Source: Escherichia phage W115 | Length of the DNA stretch: 64,000 nucleotides | Direction: 5' to 3' (one strand) | Sequence record: ON286974 | Shown here: one piece after another, positions 63,807-64,000 of the stretch | Layout: each line of letters begins with the position of its first letter | Numbering within the stretch: the stretch's first letter is position 1 | Notes under the pieces: model-generated | What the model saw: only the letters and a program-made list of their open reading frames with translations | Databases searched by the model: none | Told to the model about the DNA's origin: nothing | Position numbers and translations under genes: made by a program

Positions 63807-64000
63807 TTACTTACTAAATTTCTTTTTGGCTTCGTCTACCGCATGAGATGCCAGTACCGCAGCCGCATGTGCACTTTTATCTGTGTTGCAGAGAACGCCC
63901 AGATAAACATCACGCCAAAGTTTAATCATCTCGTAGATCATATCAATATCATTTTCTTGTTTGTTGGCGATGCTATTCGTCGTTATCTGGTAAGGTAACG
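63807..64000 (-). CDS. partial CDS (C-terminal 64 codons; N-terminus beyond the window)
   Basis: Open frame on the minus strand ending ...SHAVDEAKKKFSK with its stop at 63807-63809. Confidence 0.4.
   Translation of the reverse strand, partial: LPYQITTNSIANKQENDIDMIYEMIKLWRDVYLGVLCNTDKSAHAAAVLASHAVDEAKKKFSK

Noticed and set aside
1-64000. tRNA or other structured RNA genes
   Set aside because: No cloverleaf-like candidates noticed by eye; the T4 tRNA cluster lies elsewhere in the genome; not testable without a covariance search

Overview
This window reads as a contiguous segment of a T4-like (Tevenvirinae) myovirus genome with near-complete T4 synteny. In order: head vertex gene 24 (late promoter TATAAATA), hoc, an inh-like gene, uvsW/uvsW.1, uvsY, the baseplate hub block 25-26-51-27-28-29-48-54, alt, a promoter-dense hyperplastic early region, DNA ligase (30), gp31, cd, pseT, rnlA, denA, nrdB, nrdA, td, frd, gp32, gp59, gp33, dsbA, rnh, long tail fibre genes 34-35-36-37, holin t, and a further block of small early genes. 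All calls rest on my own reading of the supplied ORF translations and the DNA; no database search or computation was run. The most unusual content is accessory: (1) at least 24 copies of a mobile early-promoter cassette (sigma70-like TTGACA/TATAAT with an embedded inverted repeat and a conserved leader), matching the described promoter early stem-loops (PeSLs) of T4-type phages; (2) a six-member family of small paralogous proteins, each behind its own PeSL, plus several duplicated small genes; (3) a five-gene overlapping operon encoding a DUF262/ParB-like protein, a zinc-ribbon protein and a minimal C5-cytosine-methyltransferase-fold protein; (4) an ADP-ribosylation theme: Alt, a second shorter Alt-like ADP-ribosyltransferase and a NADAR-domain protein next to ligase; (5) a CYTH-domain protein between dsbA and rnh; (6) a DprA/SLOG-like protein where T4 has rnlB; (7) a thymidylate synthase with a roughly 130 aa insertion; and (8) a distal tail fibre with a C-terminal S74-type intramolecular chaperone and no gp38. 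Coordinates of non-coding features are approximate (a few nt); several CDS starts were moved from the ORF-track start to the first ATG with a Shine-Dalgarno.
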